The notes: a model not told the origin generated them from the letters alone. DNA of 24,000 bases from Candidatus Aenigmatarchaeota archaeon (GCA_039000375.1 JAWBTS010000005.1:1149-25148); one strand, 5' to 3'; shown: positions 8,810-15,999, counted from the first letter of the stretch. A program made the numbers and translations.

Positions 8810-9105
8810 GGTTGTAATTCGAATAATGTTAGAATTTAAATGACCGGATAGCAAGATTCATATTACATTTTTGCATGAAAGTTAGAATTAGATTAGTTTA
8901 TGATTGAAATCTCGCTAATTTTTATGGCATTATCTCTATTAAGTTTGACTCTATCTCTATTGTTTTTTATTAATATCATCATGCTTATTTTCTCGCGTTT
9001 AAGCAAGAAATAAACCTTTGAGCGATAAATAAAAATAGTCCAGTTTCTTACAAGAAAATGATTTAATTCTAAGGACCTACTTTTAATCCATTTCAATATA
9101 AACAA

Positions 9106-9210
9106 TGGGCCCGGAAGGATTTGAACCCTCGACCTGCTGGTCCGAAGCATCGGCACGATTTAAAATTTCTCAAGCGTTCAGCCGCTCTATCCAAGCTGAG
9201 CTACGGGCCC
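9106..9210 (-). tRNA. tRNA-Arg(UCG) with a 30-nt non-canonical intron between positions 30 and 31
   Basis: Reverse complement: GGGCCCG UA GCUC AGCUUGGAUA GAGC G GCUG[intron]G CUUCGGA CCAGC AGGUC GAGGG UUCAAAU CCUUC CGGGCCC A. Removing 9149-9178 restores a 5-bp anticodon stem and a loop with U33 and G37. The mature RNA is 75 nt. Confidence 0.75.
9149..9178 (-). other. tRNA-Arg intron (BHB)
   Basis: A central 4-bp helix CGGC/GCCG is flanked by 3-nt bulges UG|A and AU|G. The outer helix is GAG/CUU and the inner helix is ACG/CGU. Confidence 0.65.
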
Positions 9211-9295
9211 ATAAGCAACATGTAATATTTTCTAAGATACAATCTCTCTCAAGCTAATAATTAATTTTTTAACTACCTTTTAAATAATATTCATT

Positions 9296-9613
9296 ATGAA
9301 AAGATATTTGAGAAGCATTCGTGTTTTCATGTTCCTTTCTATAATATTTCTATTTATTCTATCCTTTTCCATTCTTTATTATTTCTCAAAAAACATCTTT
9401 ATTTCATTATCGTTAACCTTTATTTTTCTTGCATTGCTTTTAACAACAAGTAGCATAGAAATGAAACAAATAAGAATCTCTCTAATTATTTTGCTTTCAT
9501 TTCTCTTAATATTTGCTCTAATACTTTCTGGGGCAGACCTATCGATTATCTCATTTTCTCTTGTAATTATTTCTATCATTATTTTTATTATATCGCTACT
9601 TATATGGCTCTAA
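9296..9613 (+). CDS. Small polytopic membrane protein (hypothetical)
   Basis: 105 aa with 3-4 hydrophobic segments. Its low complexity in a T-rich stretch means it could be spurious. Confidence 0.4.
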   Translation: MKRYLRSIRVFMFLSIIFLFILSFSILYYFSKNIFISLSLTFIFLALLLTTSSIEMKQIRISLIILLSFLLIFALILSGADLSIISFSLVIISIIIFIISLLIWL

Positions 9614-9665
9614 GAAATTTCAAAATATTTTAGCAAGAAATAAAAGATTAAAAAACTCACGCAAA

Positions 9666-10178
9666 GTGTTAATTATGGTTTGGGCATCAACAAAGCTAAC
9701 AATATGGGATTATATTTATAGGGATGTAAAAACAATAAGTTTTGAGTATAAAGGAAAAAGTCCAGAATTATTATATAAAAAAGTAAAAGAGCTTTTAGAA
9801 GTTGTTTATGGAATTCAACCAGGAGGATTTCAAGAAAAAACATATTCGATAAGTAAGACAGATACTGGAGAGGAGTTTGAAGCAGAGTGGGAAGCAATAA
9901 GGCAGTTAGATGACTTTAGTTATTTCAAAATAGACATAACAATAAAAGGATTTTCTTCTGGTGGAGTTGGAAAAGTAAAAATAACCTATCGTCCAGTTTT
10001 AATGACTGAATATCCACAAGATACATATTGGCAGCAAAGCATATTTTATGAAATTCTAAGAAGATTGTGGCATGCAATATTTTATAAGAAAAAAAGAAAC
10101 GAGTATTTTGAGCTTGGCAGAGAGCTTACAGAGAAGTTTGAAAGAGAATTAAAAGATTATATGGAACAGTTGAAATGA
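9666..10178 (+). CDS. Hypothetical protein, paralogue A of a tandem pair
   Basis: 170 aa; an in-frame ATG at 9675 is a likelier start. It shares its architecture and the C-terminal motif FYKKKRNEYFELGRE with the next gene (FYYKRRRVYFERGRS). Confidence 0.7.
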   Translation: MLIMVWASTKLTIWDYIYRDVKTISFEYKGKSPELLYKKVKELLEVVYGIQPGGFQEKTYSISKTDTGEEFEAEWEAIRQLDDFSYFKIDITIKGFSSGGVGKVKITYRPVLMTEYPQDTYWQQSIFYEILRRLWHAIFYKKKRNEYFELGRELTEKFERELKDYMEQLK

Positions 10179-10225
10179 AATTGTAAATATTTCAATCAAA
10201 AATTTTATAAAATTGGTGTTGAGAA

Positions 10226-10723
10226 ATGCCATCATTAACAATTGTTGATAATTTACTTTATCCAAGAGATAAGTTGGTTATAAAATTTTCAGGAAATAAT
10301 GTAAAAGAGATCTGTAATATGATTAGGCCAATACTAGAAAAGGTTTTGCAAGTAGAGGCAAAAGATACTTATGAGAGAATACTAAAATGGGATTCTACAG
10401 AGAATCCAAGAAGCTTTTATAACGAGTGGACAACAAACAAAGAAGAGGATAAATGGACAGTTTATTCATTTAAAATAATTGTGCAAGGAAAGCAAGATGT
10501 TAATACAAATAAAGGTAATGTGACTATAGAAATATATGCATGGCTAAAAACATCTTATAATTATTCAAACTTTATTCAAAGATTATTTTGGATTTTTTAT
10601 AACAAGTTTTTTTACTATAAAAGAAGAAGAGTTTATTTTGAGCGCGGTAGATCTCTTGTTTTCGAAGTTCGTGATGCATTCATGAATGCTCTTAAGATAC
10701 CAAAGCTTGAAGAGAGTGAATAA
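10226..10723 (+). CDS. Hypothetical protein, paralogue B of a tandem pair
   Basis: 165 aa with a GGTG SD upstream. Colinear similarity to 9666-10178: a mid-protein W/beta-rich segment, I-x-I-x-G, then a basic YKRRR-YFE-GR helix. Confidence 0.7.
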   Translation: MPSLTIVDNLLYPRDKLVIKFSGNNVKEICNMIRPILEKVLQVEAKDTYERILKWDSTENPRSFYNEWTTNKEEDKWTVYSFKIIVQGKQDVNTNKGNVTIEIYAWLKTSYNYSNFIQRLFWIFYNKFFYYKRRRVYFERGRSLVFEVRDAFMNALKIPKLEESE

Positions 10724-10932
10724 AGATTCATTAGATAATGGATTAAAGATTAAATAAAAGAAAATATCAATTAATTTTGGAAGATGATTGTTGATAAATA
10801 ATTTGGAAAAATAACATTAGGGAATAGCTTAGGAAAAGTAAGAAAATTAGAAGAAAGAATAATGAAGTGCGCGAGAATAATAAAAAATAGAAATTAAGAT
10901 TTTTCCATAATTAAGATAAAAGATGATAAAAA

Positions 10933-11439
10933 ATGGTTTTTGGCTGGATAAAATCGAAAATTAAAAGAGAAAAAGAGGATGAATATGAAAGAATAAAGCA
11001 AAGCATTCTATTAAGGACTAGCGAACCTTCTAGCTCGGTTCATTTTGAAGAGGAAAAACCATTGCTTCTAGAGAGATTTAGAAAAGATGAAATAAAGAGA
11101 GAGGAGCCACTAGAACCATGGGAAAGAGAAAGGTTAGAAAGAGAAGGAATAAGACCAGAGTGGAAGCCTTTTAGAGAGAGAAGGGAGGAAGGAATAACAA
11201 GAGAAAAAGAGCTTGAGCCAATGCTTACGAGAAGGGAGGAAGAACCTTTTAGAAGAAAAGAGATTTATGAAAGTAGCTTAGAACCAAGAGCAATCGAAAG
11301 CTATAGAGGTTATGAAGATATGGAAAGAATGAATAATAGATTAAGATTTATAGAAGAGCAGCTTGCAACAATTAAAGCGCAAAACGAGGTTTTGATAGAA
11401 AAGTTAAGAAACCTAGAAAGAAGATTGGGATATGTTTGA
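10933..11439 (+). CDS. Highly charged E/R/K/P-rich protein with a C-terminal coiled coil (hypothetical)
   Basis: 168 aa with reiterated EP..R.E segments (EEPLEPWERERLEREGIRPEWKPFRERREE...). The C-terminus is a heptad-like RLRFIEEQLATIKAQNEVLIEKLRNLERRL. Confidence 0.6.
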   Translation: MVFGWIKSKIKREKEDEYERIKQSILLRTSEPSSSVHFEEEKPLLLERFRKDEIKREEPLEPWERERLEREGIRPEWKPFRERREEGITREKELEPMLTRREEEPFRRKEIYESSLEPRAIESYRGYEDMERMNNRLRFIEEQLATIKAQNEVLIEKLRNLERRLGYV

Positions 11440-11476
11440 AAAATATTTTTACTAAGTAAATATCTTAAAGTTGATA

Positions 11477-12175
11477 TCAATATCTTAAAATCGATGTTAA
11501 CTCTTCTTTTTTATCTTCTCTCTCGCTACCTATCTTATTTTTAAAACATTCAATGGAATCTCTTCCCTGAATTTCAATAACATATAATTTATTTTTCTTA
11601 TCTTTATTTGCTATGCAATAAACCCTTGCTTTTATGCTTTCTATGTCAAGCATTCTTTGAATTAGCTTCAATAAATTAAAAGAATAGCTGCTTGCTCTTA
11701 TTCTAATCTTTCTCTTCTTTCTATTTTCCTTTTTGTCATAATAATAAACAACATTAAAAAAGCCTTTTGCATCAAAAAACCCGCGAAGAAACATTATTCT
11801 AAGATTAGAATATTCATCTAAGATTGTTATATTTTCTAATGCTATACTTTCTTTTATCTCTTCTAAGTTTTGAATCCATGCTCTTATATCTTGAAAAATT
11901 TTCAAATAATTTTCTGAAAGATTTGCAAAAACTAAATAATAGATTTTATCCTTTCTTCTCTTTTCCTTTATCCTAACATTATTGGAAATTTTTTCCAGTT
12001 TATTTTTTACGATTTTTGCTAAATCTTCATCTGAGGTTTCTAAGGTTAGCCTTCCATCTTTTATGTTGCCTCTATTACAAAATACGCCAAGTATATAAAA
12101 TAAATCTTCTCTATTCTCAAGTATTTTTTTCTCTTGCTTTTTATTATGTTCAAAAGTATCTTCATTCATCTTCAT
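11477..12175 (-). CDS. Free-standing LAGLIDADG homing-endonuclease-like protein with two motifs, the first degenerate
   Basis: The second motif IMFLRGFFDAKGFF is a close LAGLIDADG match. The first, LFYILGVFCNRGNI, keeps the helix pattern but has N/R where the acidic residue is expected. About 230 aa fits a monomeric double-motif enzyme. Confidence 0.55.
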   Translation of the reverse strand: MKMNEDTFEHNKKQEKKILENREDLFYILGVFCNRGNIKDGRLTLETSDEDLAKIVKNKLEKISNNVRIKEKRRKDKIYYLVFANLSENYLKIFQDIRAWIQNLEEIKESIALENITILDEYSNLRIMFLRGFFDAKGFFNVVYYYDKKENRKKRKIRIRASSYSFNLLKLIQRMLDIESIKARVYCIANKDKKNKLYVIEIQGRDSIECFKNKIGSEREDKKEELTSILRY

Positions 12176-12232
12176 AAACTATTCATTTTGTTTAAAATTT
12201 TTATTCTTTTGTGATATAGAGGTCTCCCCATC

Positions 12233-12246
12233 ATTTCACGTGAAAT
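12233..12246. promoter_or_regulatory. Perfect 14-bp palindrome ATTTCACGTGAAAT
   Basis: Read directly. It lies 58 bp upstream of the LAGLIDADG-like start and 110 bp upstream of tRNA-Cys, in the divergent intergenic region. Confidence 0.4.
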
Positions 12247-12392
12247 CTAGAAATAAAATGAAATTTTTTATGAAATTTTTTATTTATAGATTCGTTCTAT
12301 GCAACGATTTGTAAAAGATAAAAATTTAAAATTTCGAAAGCTATAGTTAAGTTAAAGCGGGGATGGCAGAGCGGCAATGCGACCGCCTGCAG

Positions 12393-12453
12393 TTTTAAGA
12401 AATTTGCTATAGATTTTGGAAAAGCTAAAATAAAGCTAATGAGCAAAGCAGAA
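12393..12453 (+). other. tRNA-Cys intron 1, canonical 37/38 (BHB)
   Basis: The central helix CUGC (12387-12390) pairs with GCAG (12448-12451). The bulges are AG|U and AA|A. The anticodon stem ACCGC/GCGGU serves as the outer helix. Confidence 0.75.
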
Positions 12454-12474
12454 AGCGGTTCAGCTGGGTTCGAC

Positions 12475-12488
12475 ATTTATAACGAAAA
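12475..12488 (+). other. tRNA-Cys intron 2, T-loop 59/60 (BHB)
   Basis: The T-stem CUGGG/CCCAG is the outer helix and the central helix is UUCG (12469-12472)/CGAA (12483-12486). The bulges are AC|A and AA|U, and the inner helix is UU/AA with a 3-nt loop. Confidence 0.7.
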
Positions 12489-12764
12489 TCCCAGTCCCCG
12501 CTTTATGCTTTTCTCTAATTTTTAACCTTCGTTTTTCTCCAATTTTAAAAATTTTTAATTAAAATTTTTGCCAAAATTTCAATAAAATTCGATGCTTTTA
12601 GCATTTTGTTGCTAAATTTATTAAAAAATTTAAAATTTGAATTAAAAATTAATAAAAATAAAAAATATTTATTTGTAAACTTTTAAACGAAAAATTTTTA
12701 TTTTTTAAAAATTAAAACAAAAATAAATAATGTTATATATTTAAGGATTGAAATTGTTTCACGA

Positions 12765-12782
12765 AAATTATATATATAAATC
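12765..12782 (+). promoter_or_regulatory. Candidate TATA box/BRE for the S-layer gene
   Basis: AAATTATATATATAAATC lies about 85-100 bp upstream of the ATG. A second TATA-like TGTTATATATTTAAGG is at about 12731. The assignment is positional only. Confidence 0.4.
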
Positions 12783-12813
12783 TTGCGATATATTAAATTA
12801 TCTTACAAATTGT

Positions 12814-12836
12814 CCCCTACATCGTTGATGTAGGGG
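12814..12836 (+). promoter_or_regulatory. Leader stem-loop upstream of the S-layer gene
   Basis: CCCCTACATC GTT GATGTAGGGG is a perfect 10-bp stem with a 3-nt loop. It lies 30 nt upstream of the ATG and 15 nt upstream of the AAGGTGA SD (12851-12857). Confidence 0.6.
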
Positions 12837-12865
12837 TAACTTCACGAGTAAAGGTGAAATGAGAG

Positions 12866-15250
12866 ATGCAAAGGTTAGGTAAAATCCTAACCGCTGGTGC
12901 CTTAGGAGCAATGTTGCTAGGAGCAACAGTAGCTTTGCCAGCAACACTTGCAGATTATCCTTCACCATTCGTAGAGGACGGAAAAGTGAATACTCTTGTC
13001 GTTGTAGGAGCTAATGCTGCTACAGCTGACGTAGTAGGAGCAATAGATCTCGCAGCAAGATTGGCTGGCGAGGTCGGTCTTGAGGGTACTTGCCCTGCTT
13101 GTCCAGGTGTAGCAGGTGCTATTACAGTAACAGGAGGAGTGCAAATTACGCATGATTTGAATAAACTTTACTTAGGCGAAGAGTTTGATACAGTAAAGTC
13201 ATTAATCACAGGAAATGACCTTCCGGACTTGCTTGGAACAAAGACATTTACAGACAAGGAAGGAAATGTAGTAACATACTATGAGCAAATAATACTAGGA
13301 AATCACTATGTAACTTATGGAAGACCAACAGATTTTGATAAGCCAGAGCTTTATGTAGAGTTTCCAACTGCAGAAAAATACAAACTAAAAGCTATATTCG
13401 TAGGAGGTTTAGATACATCAAAGGTCGATTCGAGTTATTCAATAAAGCTATTTGGTAAAGAATATACATTTGGCTCTGGCACAGATCTAAGCGCCGATAC
13501 TATAGAGCTCTACTCCTCAACAGGCGCTACTTCTGTAGCGTTGACAGGAGTAGGAGATACAGAAACTGTAACAGTAGGTGGTAAGACTCTAACATTTGAA
13601 GTAAAGGGATGGGATCCACAAAACACTAATAAAGCTTACCTATATGTAAATGGTAAGGCAACATCTCCTTACGGATGGGTTGAAGGAAGCACTTACACAG
13701 TAGAAGGAGTAAAGGTTTATGTAAATGATGTTTCAGTAATAAGAACAGGAGCTCAGGAAGAAACAGTTTCTGTGCTCTTGTTCGTAGGTACAGACAAACT
13801 AGTACTTAAGGATGGACAAGCAGTAGAAAAGAATGATGAAGCTCTAAGTGGAACAAGTGTAACAATTCACAAATCAGGAACTAAGCTAAACTCCTTAGAG
13901 ATTGAAGTAGTTCCTGATACAACAAAATACTTGAAAGATGGCTCTACTTTTGTAGACCCTGTTTTCGGAAGCTTTAGATTCAGTTTGAACGGAATGACAC
14001 CAAGCTTAACAAGCGATTCTCGCGATTTAGTCAAGATAGAAGAGAGTGGAACAAGAAAGGTAAAGCTAACATTCACAAACAAGGAAGGAACAGCATATTC
14101 ATTTGATGCATTTTACTTAGATACTAACAACAATTGTAAGCTTTCACACGATGGAACTAAAAATATATATGTAGTTGAAAATAACATGGACTTGAAAGTA
14201 GGAGAATACGTAGTTCTAACAGCAGGAGATGCAACATACATTTATAGATTATCAGCATTGACAACAACAGGAAATAATCCTTATGCAACATTCGTTGACA
14301 TAGCAACAGGAAGCTCTCAGAAAGTATATTACAATAGCGATCCTTATATATACATAGGAGAGAACAAGTTTAAGGTACAGTATGATAACAATAAGTTACA
14401 AGTATCTTTGAACGGAGATGAAGACTTTACAGATACAGATGCAGTACCTCTATACACGAAGACAGGAGGAATAATAGATATAAGCCACTGTGATGATGCG
14501 AATAATGCAGATTTCATAACATTCTCAGAGTCAAAGCTTTACAGCTTAGGAAATGATCCTGCTGACGGTGCATTAAAGATAACAGTAGCTTATGCATCAA
14601 ATGATGTGAACTTTAATATTGCGTATGAAGAAGGAGATGATCAAAACTTTGATGAGACCTTGCTAGGAGGCCAAGTAGGAACAAGTGATGTATACAACTA
14701 CTTAACGAAGTATGGAACATTTGTCACGCATGATACAAATGCTGACAAGATAAACATTTACTACCCAGGCAACAGGCCAGCTTACGCTTTGGTTGCTGTG
14801 GGTAGCAACCCAGTATGGTCGACAACAGAAGCTGTAGGACCAACACCTGCAGTTTCTTACAAGACAGCAGTTCCTGTAACAACAGCTCTTGCAAAGCTTG
14901 ATAGTGAAGTAACTCAAGCAGATAGAAATGAAAAGCACCTCATACTTGTCGGAGGTCCTTGTGCAAACGCTTTGGTAGCAGAGCTTGCTGCTGCAGGCAA
15001 GTTCAATTACGAAGGAGCACCTCTAACATGCGATGCATGGAATGCAAGAACATATGCAGGCGATGTGTTTGGATTAATACAACTCGTTGACAATGCCTTT
15101 GCTACTGGTAAAGTAGCATTGGTAGTAGCAGGTTCAAGAGCAGAACAAACAAGATGGGCAACATCAATATTGCAGAAGTATGATGTATACAACTTACGAG
15201 GCACAGCGGTTAAGGTACCAAGTCTAAACACAATTGAGGTAATATCGTAA
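12866..15250 (+). CDS. S-layer protein (Methanococcales/Thermococcales-type)
   Basis: Signal peptide MQRLGKILTAGALGAMLLGATVALPATLA, then DYPSPFVEDGKVNTLVVVGANAATADVVGAIDLAARLAGE. The C-terminal HLILVGGPCANALVAELAAAG matches the conserved S-layer N- and C-terminal boxes as I recall them. Composition is A/G/T/V-rich and clearly more GC-rich than the neighbours. Confidence 0.85.
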   Translation: MQRLGKILTAGALGAMLLGATVALPATLADYPSPFVEDGKVNTLVVVGANAATADVVGAIDLAARLAGEVGLEGTCPACPGVAGAITVTGGVQITHDLNKLYLGEEFDTVKSLITGNDLPDLLGTKTFTDKEGNVVTYYEQIILGNHYVTYGRPTDFDKPELYVEFPTAEKYKLKAIFVGGLDTSKVDSSYSIKLFGKEYTFGSGTDLSADTIELYSSTGATSVALTGVGDTETVTVGGKTLTFEVKGWDPQNTNKAYLYVNGKATSPYGWVEGSTYTVEGVKVYVNDVSVIRTGAQEETVSVLLFVGTDKLVLKDGQAVEKNDEALSGTSVTIHKSGTKLNSLEIEVVPDTTKYLKDGSTFVDPVFGSFRFSLNGMTPSLTSDSRDLVKIEESGTRKVKLTFTNKEGTAYSFDAFYLDTNNNCKLSHDGTKNIYVVENNMDLKVGEYVVLTAGDATYIYRLSALTTTGNNPYATFVDIATGSSQKVYYNSDPYIYIGENKFKVQYDNNKLQVSLNGDEDFTDTDAVPLYTKTGGIIDISHCDDANNADFITFSESKLYSLGNDPADGALKITVAYASNDVNFNIAYEEGDDQNFDETLLGGQVGTSDVYNYLTKYGTFVTHDTNADKINIYYPGNRPAYALVAVGSNPVWSTTEAVGPTPAVSYKTAVPVTTALAKLDSEVTQADRNEKHLILVGGPCANALVAELAAAGKFNYEGAPLTCDAWNARTYAGDVFGLIQLVDNAFATGKVALVVAGSRAEQTRWATSILQKYDVYNLRGTAVKVPSLNTIEVIS

Positions 15251-15275
15251 AATTAAGAAATTAGGATTTATTTGA

Positions 15276-15294
15276 TTTTTTTGTTTTTCTTTTT
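15276..15294 (+). terminator. Oligo-T transcription terminator candidate
   Basis: TTTTTTTGTTTTTCTTTT starts 26 nt after the S-layer stop. Archaeal termination uses T-runs. Confidence 0.5.
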
Positions 15295-15354
15295 CCATAT
15301 TCTTTTTATTGATTCTTAATATAATTTCTCTTAATTTCTCGTGGTTGGTAGAAT

Positions 15355-15999
15355 CTAAGGTAATATCCTAACAACTTCATAATAAGTTACATCTCCTTCA
15401 TTATCTACTATTGCCCATAGCATTCTAGCTCTGATATTATGGGCAAGCCTCACAGCCCTTGAAAGCTCTTGGAAAGAGCACGTATAATCTTCAGGCACGC
15501 AAAAAACAACCCATTTTGTATGCTCTTTTTGCGATTTAGGGCCGCGCTTTAATTCTACACCTCTTTCATAGCATCTAAAGTCGCAGCCAAACTTAAATCC
15601 TGTTTTTACTAAAAGGCCTCGGTCTCTCAAATCTTCATAAACACGATATCTATGGGAAAATCTTTTATCTATGCTACAAGCTATTTTATATAATTCCATA
15701 AAGCTTAACGCTTTTTTAGATTTTTTTGAGATTTTTATTTTTTTGTCTTTTTCTTCTATCTTTTCTGCGAGAAATATCTCTATTCTTCCTTTTTTTAGGA
15801 GGTAAAGAGCTTCTACAAGCGAAAGCTCTATTCTATCATCTAAAATCTTTCCATAATAACCTGGCAAATAAATCTCTTCTTTTCTATCAAAGGCAATAAC
15901 CTTTTCACCAAGAAGATAGCATTTTGGAAGATCTTTATTTTTTTCATTTTTCTTTTCTTTTATTTTATTCTTTTCAAATTTATCGATATCCATGAGCAT
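15355..15999 (-). CDS. endA: tRNA-splicing endonuclease
   Basis: LSLVEALYLL, YRVYEDLRDRGLLVKTGFKFGCDFRCYERG, KEHTKWVV and AVRLAHNIRARMLWAIVDNEGDVTYY are colinear with the short archaeal EndA (M. jannaschii type). It carries a Lys-rich insertion EKIEEKDKKIKISKKSKK. Confidence 0.85.
   Translation of the reverse strand: MLMDIDKFEKNKIKEKKNEKNKDLPKCYLLGEKVIAFDRKEEIYLPGYYGKILDDRIELSLVEALYLLKKGRIEIFLAEKIEEKDKKIKISKKSKKALSFMELYKIACSIDKRFSHRYRVYEDLRDRGLLVKTGFKFGCDFRCYERGVELKRGPKSQKEHTKWVVFCVPEDYTCSFQELSRAVRLAHNIRARMLWAIVDNEGDVTYYEVVRILP

Larger units (their letters stand above)
12357..12502 (+). tRNA. tRNA-Cys(GCA) with two introns (37/38 and 59/60)
   Basis: GCGGGGA UG GCAG AGCGGCA AUGC G ACCGC CUGCAG[61 nt]A GCGGU UCAG CUGGG UUCGAC[14 nt]U CCCAG UCCCCGC U. 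The U73 discriminator is as expected for tRNA-Cys. The mature RNA is 71 nt. Confidence 0.8.

Noticed and set aside
8920-8980. C/D box sRNA candidate on the minus strand (AUGAUGA at about 8973-8979)
   Set aside because: No CUGA D box, or D'/C' boxes, lies within the expected 40-70 nt downstream. A second AUGAUGA at 18146-18152 is just the tandem ATG start region of a CDS.
8893-9156. 87-aa ORF on the minus strand
   Set aside because: It overlaps the 3' half of tRNA-Arg; part of its reading frame (SRSRVQILPGP) is simply the translated tRNA T-arm/acceptor region. The rest is low-complexity AT-rich sequence.
618-9897. Other short ORFs overlapping larger supported or tracked ORFs or their intergenic gaps, mostly antisense (618-833, 1006-1245, 2095-2319, 3284-3556, 5286-5498, 6554-6808, 7427-7648, 8157-8399, 8167-8403, 9379-9579, 9673-9897)
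   Set aside because: Each overlaps a larger ORF, most of which have recognisable motifs or a coding-like composition. All have F/I/L/S-rich low-complexity translations and no SD. ORF 7427-7648 is antisense to the signal-anchor ORF I describe at 7458.
9106-12502. Integrated element bounded by tRNA-Arg and tRNA-Cys
   Set aside because: There is no integrase, no recognisable viral or plasmid gene, and no duplicated tRNA 3' fragment (att repeat) that I could find. It is kept only as a weak context note in the findings.
12503-12865. AT-rich intergenic region as a replication origin
   Set aside because: I could find no repeated ORB or mini-ORB-like elements, and no orc1/cdc6 gene is adjacent. The position directly upstream of the S-layer gene is better explained as promoter and leader.
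12962-15231. Four minus-strand ORFs inside the S-layer gene (12962-13153, 13867-14082, 14702-14938, 15007-15231)
   Set aside because: They are antisense shadows of a long, well-supported CDS, with Cys/Ser-rich nonsense composition.
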